Below, piece by piece: positions 7,622-16,381 of a stretch of 58,451 nucleotides of DNA. Origin of the DNA: Clostridia bacterium (GTDB taxonomy: Bacteria; Bacillota; Clostridia; Christensenellales; Aristaeellaceae); assembly GCA_900759005.1 (NCBI GenBank), contig CAAEUQ010000029.1:1-58451 (forward strand), in the 5' to 3' direction. The notes beneath the pieces are model-generated. The model worked only from the letters and a program-made list of their open reading frames with translations, searched no databases and had not been told where the DNA came from. Every line of letters begins with the position of its first letter. Positions within the stretch are counted from its first letter, which is position 1. The position numbers and the translations under genes are program-made.

Positions 7622-9826
7622 TCAGCCCGCGACGCGGCTCACTTCGATCACATCGGGGATTTTCTGAATATCGCGAATCAGCTTGTTCAGCTGCTGGGTA
7701 CTGCGAATGACCAGCGAAACATGGAAGACGTAGGTCTGGTTCTTCGCCGCGTGCGCGGAAATGGCGTTTACCGGAATTTCCTGCGACGCGAACATCACCG
7801 AAAGCTCTGCCAGCAAACCCGTTCGGTTATAGGCGATCACGCGGATTTCCGCCTCATACGAGCTCTCCTTCGGCTGATCCTCCCATTCGACCTCGATCAG
7901 GCGCTCCGGCTCGACGCTTTCATCCTTCAGGCTCACGCAATCCGCGCGATGCACGGACACGCCGCGGCCGCGGGTGATATAGCCGATGATCTTGTCGCCC
8001 GGCAGCGGCGTACAGCATTTGGCGAATCGAACCAGCATTCCGGATTCGCCCTTTACAATCACGCCGTTGGAATTGGACGAAGGTCTCGGTCTGGGCGCAG
8101 GCGCTTCGTCCGGCTTCGTTTCAACGGGCGCGGGCGAATCGATCTTGTTGTGCTTTTTATATTCGTCGATCAGGCGATTGAGTACCTGCTGCGTGCTCGC
8201 GCCGCCGAAGCCGACCATCGCGTAAATGTCGTCCAGCGACTGAACGGACAGGCGCTTGTACATCGGCTCGATCAGCTCGCTCTTGGTCAGCATCGGGAGC
8301 TGATAGCCCAGGCGTTTGGCTTCGCGTTCGAGCATATCGTGACCATGAACGATGTTCTGCTCGCGCTCTTCCTTCTTCAGCCACGCGCGGATTTTCGCCT
8401 TTGCCTCGCTGGTTTTGACGATATTCAGCCAGTCGCGCGACGGTCCGTGGGACGACGACGAGGTCATGACTTCCACGAAATCGCCCGTTTCCAGCGGCGT
8501 CGCCAGCGGAACGATGCGATGATTCACCTTCGCGCCGATACAGCGATTGCCGACCGCCGAATGGATACGATACGCAAAATCCAAAGGCGTCGCGCCCTTC
8601 GGCAGCGAAACCACATCTCCCTTCGGCGTAAATACCAGCACCTCGTCGGCAAACAGGTCGAATTTCAACATTTCGCCGAACTCGCTCGGGTCGTGCGCTT
8701 CGGACTGCCAGTCCAGAATGCGCCTGAGCCACGAAAGCTTCTTGTCCAGCTCGTCCGTCGCCCTGCCCTCTTTGTATCGCCAGTGCGCCGCGATGCCGTA
8801 TTCCGCGATGCGGTGCATCTCGAACGTGCGAATCTGAACCTCGAAGGGTCTGCCCTGATTGACCACCGTCGTATGCAGCGACTGATACATATTCGCCTTC
8901 GGCACCGAGATATAATCCTTGAATCTGCCCGGCACCTGCGGCCAGATCGTATGCACCACGCCCAGCGCGTGATAGCATTCCGTGGTGGTATTGACCAGAA
9001 CGCGAACGGCGAGCAGATCGTTGATCTGATCAAACGTCTTGTTCTGGCTCTTCATCTTTTTATAAATGGAATAGAAATGCTTCGGGCGGCCGTCGATTTC
9101 ACATTTGTGAATGCCCGCCTCGTAAAGCTTCGTCTTTAATTCCTGCGTAACCTGCGCAATCAGCTGCTCGCGTTCGGCGCGCTTCATGCCGACCAGCCGC
9201 ACCAGCTCGTAAAACGCGTCCGGATCGAGATAGCGGAGCGAAAGATCCTCCAGCTCCCATTTGATCGTATAAACGCCCAATCGATGCGCGAGCGGCGCAT
9301 AGATGTCCAGCGTTTCCTGCGCGATTGCGCGCTGGCGATCCGGCGCTTTGAATTTGAGCGTGCGCATATTGTGCAGGCGATCGGCAAGCTTGATCAGAAC
9401 CACACGGATATCCTTCGCCATTGCGAGGAACATCTTTCTCAGCGTTTCCGCCTTCGCTTCCTCGCGCGAGCTGAAATCCAGCTGATTCAGCTTCGTTACG
9501 CCGTCGACCAGCAGCTCGATTTCCTGTCCGAATTCCTGCCCTATCATTTCGCTGGTTACGCCCTCGCAGTCCTCGACAACGTCGTGCAGAAGCCCTGCCG
9601 CGATCGTCGACGCGTCCAGCATCAGATCGGCGAGAATCACCGCCACGGCGCACGGATGGCAGAAATAGGGATCGCCGGATTTGCGCACCTGATGGGCGTG
9701 CGCCTTCTCCGCGAAGGCATACGCGCGCCGGACGAGCTCCATATCGTCCTCAGGATGATATTTTCTGATGCGCTCCACCAGTTCGTCAACGCTAATGTAC
9801 GCGTTGGATTTTCCGTCATCCGACAT
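7622..9826 (-). CDS. relA: Bifunctional (p)ppGpp synthetase/hydrolase (long RSH, Rel/SpoT)
   Basis: HD hydrolase (HPCAVA...LLHDVVED), synthetase (YRSLHTTV-like QSLHTTV), TGS and ACT regions. Length is 734 aa. Confidence 0.95.
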   Translation of the reverse strand: MSDDGKSNAYISVDELVERIRKYHPEDDMELVRRAYAFAEKAHAHQVRKSGDPYFCHPCAVAVILADLMLDASTIAAGLLHDVVEDCEGVTSEMIGQEFGQEIELLVDGVTKLNQLDFSSREEAKAETLRKMFLAMAKDIRVVLIKLADRLHNMRTLKFKAPDRQRAIAQETLDIYAPLAHRLGVYTIKWELEDLSLRYLDPDAFYELVRLVGMKRAEREQLIAQVTQELKTKLYEAGIHKCEIDGRPKHFYSIYKKMKSQNKTFDQINDLLAVRVLVNTTTECYHALGVVHTIWPQVPGRFKDYISVPKANMYQSLHTTVVNQGRPFEVQIRTFEMHRIAEYGIAAHWRYKEGRATDELDKKLSWLRRILDWQSEAHDPSEFGEMLKFDLFADEVLVFTPKGDVVSLPKGATPLDFAYRIHSAVGNRCIGAKVNHRIVPLATPLETGDFVEVMTSSSSHGPSRDWLNIVKTSEAKAKIRAWLKKEEREQNIVHGHDMLEREAKRLGYQLPMLTKSELIEPMYKRLSVQSLDDIYAMVGFGGASTQQVLNRLIDEYKKHNKIDSPAPVETKPDEAPAPRPRPSSNSNGVIVKGESGMLVRFAKCCTPLPGDKIIGYITRGRGVSVHRADCVSLKDESVEPERLIEVEWEDQPKESSYEAEIRVIAYNRTGLLAELSVMFASQEIPVNAISAHAAKNQTYVFHVSLVIRSTQQLNKLIRDIQKIPDVIEVSRVAG

Positions 9827-9844
9827 TTTTTTGCCTCCCGGTGC

Positions 9845-12193
9845 TCATTGCCGCCAGTTTTGAATTCGCCGCCACGCCGCGCTCGTCTCCGGCGCAGCCT
9901 TCTTATTCCTGCGGAGCGTAAGCCGATAGGGAACGCCCTCGGGCGTTTCCTCTATCAGCCCCAGCTCCTTCATTACGATCATGCAAGCCGCCGCGTTCAT
10001 ATACGACATATTCGCCGTCCGGCTCAGCACATGAACCGCTGATTCATAATCGTCCAGCCGGATCTCCCGATCCAGCACATAGCGGATGCCCTTGAATCCC
10101 GCCCGCAAGCCCTCCAGATCCGGCAATTCCTCCAGCCATCTCGGGCGCAGCGGGAATGTGTACGTCTCCGCGCCCTCCGGAACGCTGACCTCCGGCGGCA
10201 CGCCTGCGAACACCACACGCTGCCAGCGCCCTTCGATCCGCGCGTGCGGATAGACGAGCATCGAATGGAACAGCCGCGGATCCTTCGGCTCCTCGCGGAA
10301 ATACCGGTCGGGCAATATGTCCTCCAGCGCCCGAACGAGCTTTTCCATGCCGCCCAAATCGCCGACCAGAATCAGCGTGCCCTGCGAGCGTTCCAAAAGC
10401 ATTTCGCGAAGCGCGTCCAGATCGATTTCCTTCGGCGGATTCGATGGGATTATTTCTTTATTATAGAGCATTTCTGTTAAGAAATCCCGCTGGAGCTCGC
10501 ATTCGTCCTCTTTTTTCCCGTCGATCTGCTCCCGCGGATCGCCAGGCGTAATCGCTCTGAGCTTCAGCCCGACGCTGTTCCTGCCCTTGAAGGTTTCGAC
10601 CTCCGGCGTAAACAGCACGTCCACCGTTGCCGGAAGCGTGCGCACCAGTTCGCCCGCGCCGAACATGATGCCGCGCCGGCGAACGCCGCTTTCGGAAAGC
10701 AATACCTGCAGATGCGCCCGATTCAGCCCCACTGCCTGCATCTGCGCCAGATACGCGCTGCGCGCCCGCATCACCGGCGCGGGATTTCCGAAGCCCGTGG
10801 GCTGGAGCGCGTCCAGCGAACGCACAAAGCTCTCCGTTAGCTGATCGAATTCAATCTCCGTATCGTATTCGACCAGCGGAATATAAACATTGCGCGGAAC
10901 ATTCGCGAGATACGCGTCCAGCGCATCGATCATCGCGGGCAATTCGCTAACGCGAATCGTCAGCCCCGCCGCCTGCTTATGCCCGCCGTAGCGCACGAGA
11001 TGCTTCTCCACCGCCGCCAGCGCCGCATGAATGTCCACGCCCGGAATGCTGCGGCACGAGCCGGTCAGCAGGCCCGGCTCCTTTTCGGCGAGCAGGATCG
11101 TCGGATAATGGTATTTCTCCACGAGGCGCGACGCGGTCAGTCCGATCACGCCGGAATTCCAATCCTTGCCCGAAAGCACGATCGCGCGGTGCTTCAGAAA
11201 ATCAAACGATTCAAGCGCCGCCTCCGCTTCTTTCTGAATCCGGTCCTCAATCGCCTTGCGCGCGCGATTCTCCTCCTCCAGCTTCGCCGCCAGCGCCTCC
11301 GCGCGCGCGGAATCTTCGCACATCAGCAGCTCATACGCCTGCCGTGCGGATCCCAGCCGCCCGCTCGCGTTCAGCCGCGGCGCAATCCGAAATGCAATAT
11401 CCGTAGATGAAACGGGCTTTCCCGCCATGCCGGACGATTCGATCAGCGCACGAACGCCGGTTCGCGGATGCCGGTTGATCCGGTCCAGCCCAATCGACAC
11501 CAGAACGCGGTTTTCGTCTTTCAGGGGAACCACGTCCGCCACCGTCGCCAGCGCCGCAATATCCACATACAGCATCGCGCCGATCAGCCCGCCCAGCGCA
11601 TGCGCGAGCTTGAACGCCACGCCCGCGCCGCACAGGTATGGAAACGGGTAATCGCCCAGAAGCGGATCCACCACCGGGCAATCCGGCAAAACCTCGCCCG
11701 GCTCATGGTGATCGGTCACCACGCAGTCCAGCCCCAGCGACTTTGCCAGCGCCACCATGTCCACCGCGGTAATCCCGCAGTCCACCGTGATCATCAGACT
11801 GCACCGCTCCGCGATTTCTCGAATGGCGTTTTCATTCAAGCCGTAACCCTCCGTGTGCCGCGAAGGAAGATAAACCTCCGTGTCCGGCGCGCCGTGGGAG
11901 CGCAGATAATCGGAAAGCAGCGCCGAAGCGCTCACGCCGTCGACGTCGTAATCGCCGTATACGCAAATCCTTTCGCCCGCCGCAATCGCCGCGCGAATGC
12001 GCTGAACCGCGCGATCCATATCGTGAAGCAGCATCGGATCGCGCAGCTGATCCACCGTCGGATGCAGAAAGCGCTTCGCTTCCTCCACGGATTGAACGCC
12101 GCGCTGAATCAATAAAGCGTGCAGCGGCGCAGGCATATCATCCGGACACGGAAACCAGCCCCGCTCCGCCTGACGCGGCGAATAAACGATCAT
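9845..12193 (-). CDS. recJ: Single-stranded-DNA-specific exonuclease RecJ
   Basis: DHH motifs (YGDYDVDG, VTDHHEP), DHHA1 (GGHKQAAG), 782 aa, AGGAAGGAG RBS. Confidence 0.92.
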   Translation of the reverse strand: MIVYSPRQAERGWFPCPDDMPAPLHALLIQRGVQSVEEAKRFLHPTVDQLRDPMLLHDMDRAVQRIRAAIAAGERICVYGDYDVDGVSASALLSDYLRSHGAPDTEVYLPSRHTEGYGLNENAIREIAERCSLMITVDCGITAVDMVALAKSLGLDCVVTDHHEPGEVLPDCPVVDPLLGDYPFPYLCGAGVAFKLAHALGGLIGAMLYVDIAALATVADVVPLKDENRVLVSIGLDRINRHPRTGVRALIESSGMAGKPVSSTDIAFRIAPRLNASGRLGSARQAYELLMCEDSARAEALAAKLEEENRARKAIEDRIQKEAEAALESFDFLKHRAIVLSGKDWNSGVIGLTASRLVEKYHYPTILLAEKEPGLLTGSCRSIPGVDIHAALAAVEKHLVRYGGHKQAAGLTIRVSELPAMIDALDAYLANVPRNVYIPLVEYDTEIEFDQLTESFVRSLDALQPTGFGNPAPVMRARSAYLAQMQAVGLNRAHLQVLLSESGVRRRGIMFGAGELVRTLPATVDVLFTPEVETFKGRNSVGLKLRAITPGDPREQIDGKKEDECELQRDFLTEMLYNKEIIPSNPPKEIDLDALREMLLERSQGTLILVGDLGGMEKLVRALEDILPDRYFREEPKDPRLFHSMLVYPHARIEGRWQRVVFAGVPPEVSVPEGAETYTFPLRPRWLEELPDLEGLRAGFKGIRYVLDREIRLDDYESAVHVLSRTANMSYMNAAACMIVMKELGLIEETPEGVPYRLTLRRNKKAAPETSAAWRRIQNWRQ

Positions 12194-12305
12194 ACGCGCG
12201 CTCCTTCCTGAAAAAACGTCTACCTATTATAAATCCTAATTATACCCGAAGAATCGCTTTTCGTCAACCAGTCCATCGCCTTCCGCATTCGGATAAAATG
12301 ATTTT

Positions 12306-12348
12306 ATAAAAACCGCCGGCGCAATCACAAAAAAGCAATCGCGCCGGC
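12306..12348 (-). terminator. Putative intrinsic terminator read on the minus strand
   Basis: GCCGGCGC (12315-12322) pairs with GCGCCGGC (12341-12348) around an 18-nt loop. On the minus strand the hairpin is followed by GGTTTTTAT. Confidence 0.4.
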
Positions 12349-12375
12349 AGAAACGGAAAAAGGATGAGGGATCTG

Positions 12376-12796
12376 AATACCACGCACCAATCCGCAATTC
12401 AAAAATGCGCAGCCGTCATATCCATTCGCAAAAACACGAATATCGCACGCCATTTGTGCACACGGCAAAGGAACATGTATAACCGCGCACCTGTTCGCGG
12501 TAAAGCGGCGCGAATACCACGCACCGTTTACACACGACGAAAGAGCGCGCATATCGCCCGACAAATCTTCCCCGCCCACCCGCGATAAGAGAGTAAGCGT
12601 ACAAACCCGCGCACCTGTTCGCATTAAAGCGGCGCAAACATCGCGCACGCTGTTCATATGCGCAGCAAAGGAACGGGCATTGCCACGCACCAAGTTTCTC
12701 CATCGTCCACCCGCAACAAAAGCGTAAGCGCGCAAGCCGCCACGAATAACTCATGCGCTCCGGATTGAATATCGCGCGCAGCAAAAGCGTAAGCGC
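12376..12796. repeat. Degenerate tandem repeat tract (period roughly 125-135 bp, about 3 units), non-coding
   Basis: Motifs recur in the same order: CCACGCACC (12380, 12517, 12685); AACCGCGCACCTGTTCGC..TAAAGCGGCGC (12481, 12604); GCAAAGGAAC (12466, 12666); CCACCCGC (12576, 12707); GTAAGCG (12593, 12723, 12787). Confidence 0.7.
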
Positions 12797-12924
12797 GCAA
12801 GCCGCCATCACGGCGGCGCAGCGCGCGGAAAGATGGGAAGCACGTGCCGCTTCGAACCGCGGAAGAAATTGAGTCGCTTCCCGACTCAATTTCGAGGTGA
12901 CCAAACGCGGCAGTAAATAAGCGC
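12797..12924 (+). repeat. Family-A mosaic hairpin repeat, copy A-4
   Basis: GCAAGCCGCCATCACGGCGGCGCAGCG at 12797-12823. Hairpin AAATTGAGTCG/CTTCC/CGACTCAATTT at 12866-12892. Degenerate X-box GACCAAACGCGGCAGTAA at 12899 onward. Confidence 0.85.
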
Positions 12925-14901
12925 AGGAACTGCGGACCAGCCGTGGCAAAGACTGCCGGCGCGGTGGAAATCTTCGGCGCCTAACGAGGTCTCCCAAACG
13001 GACGTCGCACCGGAGAACGCCATCGCGCCCCATTGACGCGCAATGTCGGAAAGTACCCACGATTGGTAGGACGCGTCCTGTAAAAGGGCTTCGTATTTGA
13101 GCAGAGCGTTCGTCAGGGTTACAGGAATCCAAACGCCGGACACTAAACCGACGCGTAAACGCGCCGCACGCGCATCGGATATGCCGCCTGCTAAAAGCGC
13201 AAGCGCCTGCGTAAGCTCCGCCATCGGCGCATCCGGCGCATCGTATAATAAATACCCGCCGCGCTCCTCCGACCAGAAACGCTCCAGCGCCGATCGCGCC
13301 GATTCAAAGCGCCGCGCATATGCACTTCCATCCACGCCCCGATATTCGCATAAGCGCCGCATCGCGTCCAGCGCCAAAGCATACCACGCCGTCAAGGGCG
13401 CTTCCGCGCGCGCATCTTTGTCCTCTGCGCCAATTTCGCCCGATAATCCCGGCTGCCATTCATAGAAATTCCAGTATTCACGCTCAGGGAAACGGCAAAC
13501 GCAGCCGCTTTCATCCAATCGCGGAAGAAACGCGTCCAAAATCCGCGCGGCGGTCTCGAATAAACCATCCCCAACCGGCTCGCCCGTGTTCAGTGCGTAT
13601 TCCCATAAATCAATTACGTAAACCAGACTGAAACACGGAATCGTGATCGGCGCTTTTGCCGGCGCGCAGATTTCGAGCAAACCGTCCGCCCGCTGCCCGC
13701 CCGCCAATAAGCGAAGCGCGCCCAGCGGCAGCTCCTTTTCGCCGAATACCCGATAGCCGCACAGCATTTGCACGCGCGCGTCCATCGCGTACAGCGCCTG
13801 CTCGCGCCACGGGCAATCCTCGTAATGATCGTGTGCGCAGAGCTTCAGGGTCTGAACGCATAAATCGTAAATCCTCCGGTGCAGCCCATCCGGAATCGAA
13901 AGCGTCTTCTCCGGTGCAAACGGGTATTCCACGGGCATCAGCCCAACGCGGCAAATCCGTATTCGCCGCGCACTTGCGTGCAGCTCCAGATACCGGCAGC
14001 CCCAGCGCCGGAAATAATGCGTGTATTCGCTCTTTCCCTTCGGGAAGCGAATCGACGCGCAAAAGCCCCTGCCGTCCAGATCCGCGCGCACGCGCAGATC
14101 GTCCAGATGCTCGCCGAAACCGATCAGAATCTCCGTTTCGGATTCGCATTCAAGTTCCAAATGCAGATAGCCCGCCGTTTCCGCGCCGAGATCGAAGATG
14201 AAATAGCCGCCGTCGCCCGCGTCCGCGTTCAGCCAGCCGCCATCTTCCATTTCCTCGATGAAGCGCATCGAAAGCGCGCGCCGCCGCATTCGCTGCGCCG
14301 GACGCAAGCTCTCCCCCGCGCATTCGAACCACACGCCCTGCGCGTGCAGGCTTCCTTCGCACAAATCGTTCAGGCGCAGCAGCTCCGTCGGGCGCGATTG
14401 CATTCGCATCGGCGGGTTTCGCATCGCCTTTGCCGCGCAGGGCGCGCTTTCCGGCGCACAGAGATCACAGAAGAAGCTGTAGCCCAGCTGCGGGGTAATC
14501 AGCGGAACGAGGCCGGAAAGATACCGTGCGTCGTTTCGGCAAACGGCGCTTAAATCGCTGACCAGCAGTGTATTCTCCCCCTGCCACACGCGATAGTGCG
14601 CGCCGGGTTCGCACGCGATCGTGGTCTGGCTGTCCAGCCCCGGATGCCAGACGCGCAATTCGAATCGATTTTCACCGGAACGGACAAATGCGGAAAGGTC
14701 GTGAACATTCTCCGTCCGGCATTCCTGCCAGTCCGGATATTGCCCGAAACCCGCGAGCGCGCCGTTGATCGTTAAAACGTATTCGCCGGTGGTCGAGACG
14801 CCGGCAAACGCTTCCCGTTTTTCGCAGACGAACGTTCCCTCAAAGCGGGCATAGGCGTTGACGCTGCCGGAATCCTCCGGCCAGATCCAAATGGGCTGCA
14901 A
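12886..14901 (-). CDS. Six-hairpin glycoside hydrolase, alpha-L-rhamnosidase-like (GH78-related)
   Basis: N-terminal beta-sandwich followed by an (alpha/alpha)6-type region with YEDCPWREQ and CHGWSAVP motifs reminiscent of GH78. TTG start with AAGGAGG 8 nt upstream. The C-terminal CRVWSPRN and the stop are encoded by repeat A-4. Confidence 0.55.
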   Translation of the reverse strand: MQPIWIWPEDSGSVNAYARFEGTFVCEKREAFAGVSTTGEYVLTINGALAGFGQYPDWQECRTENVHDLSAFVRSGENRFELRVWHPGLDSQTTIACEPGAHYRVWQGENTLLVSDLSAVCRNDARYLSGLVPLITPQLGYSFFCDLCAPESAPCAAKAMRNPPMRMQSRPTELLRLNDLCEGSLHAQGVWFECAGESLRPAQRMRRRALSMRFIEEMEDGGWLNADAGDGGYFIFDLGAETAGYLHLELECESETEILIGFGEHLDDLRVRADLDGRGFCASIRFPKGKSEYTHYFRRWGCRYLELHASARRIRICRVGLMPVEYPFAPEKTLSIPDGLHRRIYDLCVQTLKLCAHDHYEDCPWREQALYAMDARVQMLCGYRVFGEKELPLGALRLLAGGQRADGLLEICAPAKAPITIPCFSLVYVIDLWEYALNTGEPVGDGLFETAARILDAFLPRLDESGCVCRFPEREYWNFYEWQPGLSGEIGAEDKDARAEAPLTAWYALALDAMRRLCEYRGVDGSAYARRFESARSALERFWSEERGGYLLYDAPDAPMAELTQALALLAGGISDARAARLRVGLVSGVWIPVTLTNALLKYEALLQDASYQSWVLSDIARQWGAMAFSGATSVWETSLGAEDFHRAGSLCHGWSAVPALIYCRVWSPRN

Positions 14902-15046
14902 AAAATCGCCTCCTTAAATTCAAATGGCTGATTTGATTGTACAATAAATCGCGGGCAGTTGCAACGCGCAAATTTCGCGCCTGAAAGCAGGATTTTAATG
15001 GTTAGGGGGCGAATTATATTAAAATGTGCTTTTTCGGAGGTTTTTT

Positions 15047-15583
15047 ATGAACAGCAAACGCATCGCGCTGTGCGGCGTTCTTTGCGCGCTCGGCGTGGTT
15101 TTGATGATGCTCGGCGGACTGTTTCCGCTGGCGACGTTCTGCTCGCCCGCGCTGGCGGCGCTCGTTCTGATTCCGATCATGATCGAAACCGATCGGAAAA
15201 TGGCGCTGGGCGCGTATGTGGCGATTGCGGCGCTTTCGCTTCTGCTTGCGCCGGACAAGGAGAGCGCGCTTTTGTTCACGTTTCTCGGATATTATCCGAT
15301 TCTGAAGCCCGAAATCGACAAAATCCGCGCGCGCTGGCTGCGGATTGTCATAAAGCTCCTGCTGTTCGACTGCGCGGCGGGCGCGATGCTTCTGATCGCG
15401 ACGTATCTTTTCGGCATGGCGCAGATCATGGCGGAATACCGCGAAATGGGGCGCGCGATGATCGTCGTGTTCATCGCAATCGCCAATATCACCATGCTGC
15501 TTTACGACCGGCTGACCGGCATTGCCGCGGTGCTTTACGTGCGCCGGCTGCGGCAAAAATTCTTTGGAAGAGGGAAGAAATGA
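15047..15583 (+). CDS. Small polytopic membrane protein (about 5 TM; N-terminus resembles ECF S-components)
   Basis: Hydrophobic segments throughout. ATG at 15047 is preceded by GGAGG. The N-terminus is IALCGVLCALGVVLMMLGG. Confidence 0.6.
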   Translation: MNSKRIALCGVLCALGVVLMMLGGLFPLATFCSPALAALVLIPIMIETDRKMALGAYVAIAALSLLLAPDKESALLFTFLGYYPILKPEIDKIRARWLRIVIKLLLFDCAAGAMLLIATYLFGMAQIMAEYREMGRAMIVVFIAIANITMLLYDRLTGIAAVLYVRRLRQKFFGRGKK

Positions 15584-16170
15584 TGAATGGTTCGAATGTC
15601 GATCCGCTGACCGCCGCCATTGCGTTCGCCGCACGCGCGCACGAGGGGCAGACCTGCCGTTCGACCGACGCGCCGAAGATCGTTCACCCGATGGAAGTGG
15701 CTGCAATTGCGGCGACAATGACCAGCGATCATGAAATTCTCGCTGCGGCGATGCTGCACGACGTGATCGAGAGCTGCGGCGTTACGGAGGACGCGCTGAA
15801 GGGTGAATTCGGCGATCGAATCGCCAAACTCGTGCGCGCGATGAGCGAGGAAAAAGGACTGGATGCGGAGGAAGGCTGGCAAAAACGCAAGCTATTTTCA
15901 ATCAACCGGCTGCGCGCCGCGTCGCACGATCAGCTGATTCTGACGCTTTCGGACAAATTGAGCAGTTTGCGCGCCATTCGCCGCGACCTCGCGACCTACG
16001 GCGACGCGCTCTGGCAGCGGTTCAACCAGCGCAGCGCATCGATGCACTGCTGGTATTTTTCATCGGTGCTAGAATCGCTGTCCCCGCTTTCGGACACGGA
16101 CGCTTACCGCGAATACCGCGATTTGATGAATCAGATTTTCGGCGAAATGGAAAAGCGAATTTGCCGATGA
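15580..16170 (+). CDS. HD-domain (p)ppGpp hydrolase-like protein (small alarmone hydrolase family)
   Basis: HPMEVAAIAATM...AAMLHDVIESCGVTEDALKGEFGDRIAKLVRAMS parallels the Rel HD domain in this window (HPCAVAVILADL...GLLHDVVEDCEGVTSEMIGQEFGQEIELLVDGVT). Length is 196 aa, with no synthetase domain. ATGA overlaps the upstream stop. Confidence 0.75.
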   Translation: MMNGSNVDPLTAAIAFAARAHEGQTCRSTDAPKIVHPMEVAAIAATMTSDHEILAAAMLHDVIESCGVTEDALKGEFGDRIAKLVRAMSEEKGLDAEEGWQKRKLFSINRLRAASHDQLILTLSDKLSSLRAIRRDLATYGDALWQRFNQRSASMHCWYFSSVLESLSPLSDTDAYREYRDLMNQIFGEMEKRICR

Positions 16171-16381
16171 AAATAGACGGCAGGATGTTTGAAACAGTTG
16201 CGCGGGGAGCTTTCCGCGCCGTTTCTCCGCTGAAATATGTATAAAACAGCCGCACTGCTTTTCGCAGCGCGGCTGAAGCTTTATCCACGCCGAAGGAGGC
16301 GTTCGAGAAGGCGGATTCCTTTCGAACTGCCATCGCATTCGGCGGGACATACGGCGGGGATTTCACACCCCCGCCCTGATT

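Noticed and set aside
7226-9139. A 637-aa plus-strand ORF antisense to relA. Similar long antisense ORFs lie opposite the GH2 gene (32735-34582), the sugar SBP (31105-32481), livJ (25914-26927), the oxidoreductase (19915-21075), the family-5 SBP (49259-50968) and hemZ (5650-6582).
   Set aside because: All of them lie opposite well-supported genes and lack RBSs. Their compositions are the Arg/His/Ala-rich type typical of GC-rich antisense frames (7226-9139 is codon-aligned with relA; alignment was not checked for the others). They are shadow ORFs.
12376-12924. Possible CRISPR array, because of repeated palindromic units and the absence of genes.
   Set aside because: The repeats are degenerate, about 125-135 bp apart rather than 28-37 bp units with unique spacers of similar size. 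The perfect hairpins are dispersed singly across the window. No cas genes are present.
14959-16170. A single 403-aa ORF spanning the membrane-protein gene region and the HD gene.
   Set aside because: Its first 200 residues are an out-of-frame Arg-rich read across the membrane-protein gene (the real frame is 15047-15583). Only the part from ATG 15580 onward matches HD hydrolases.
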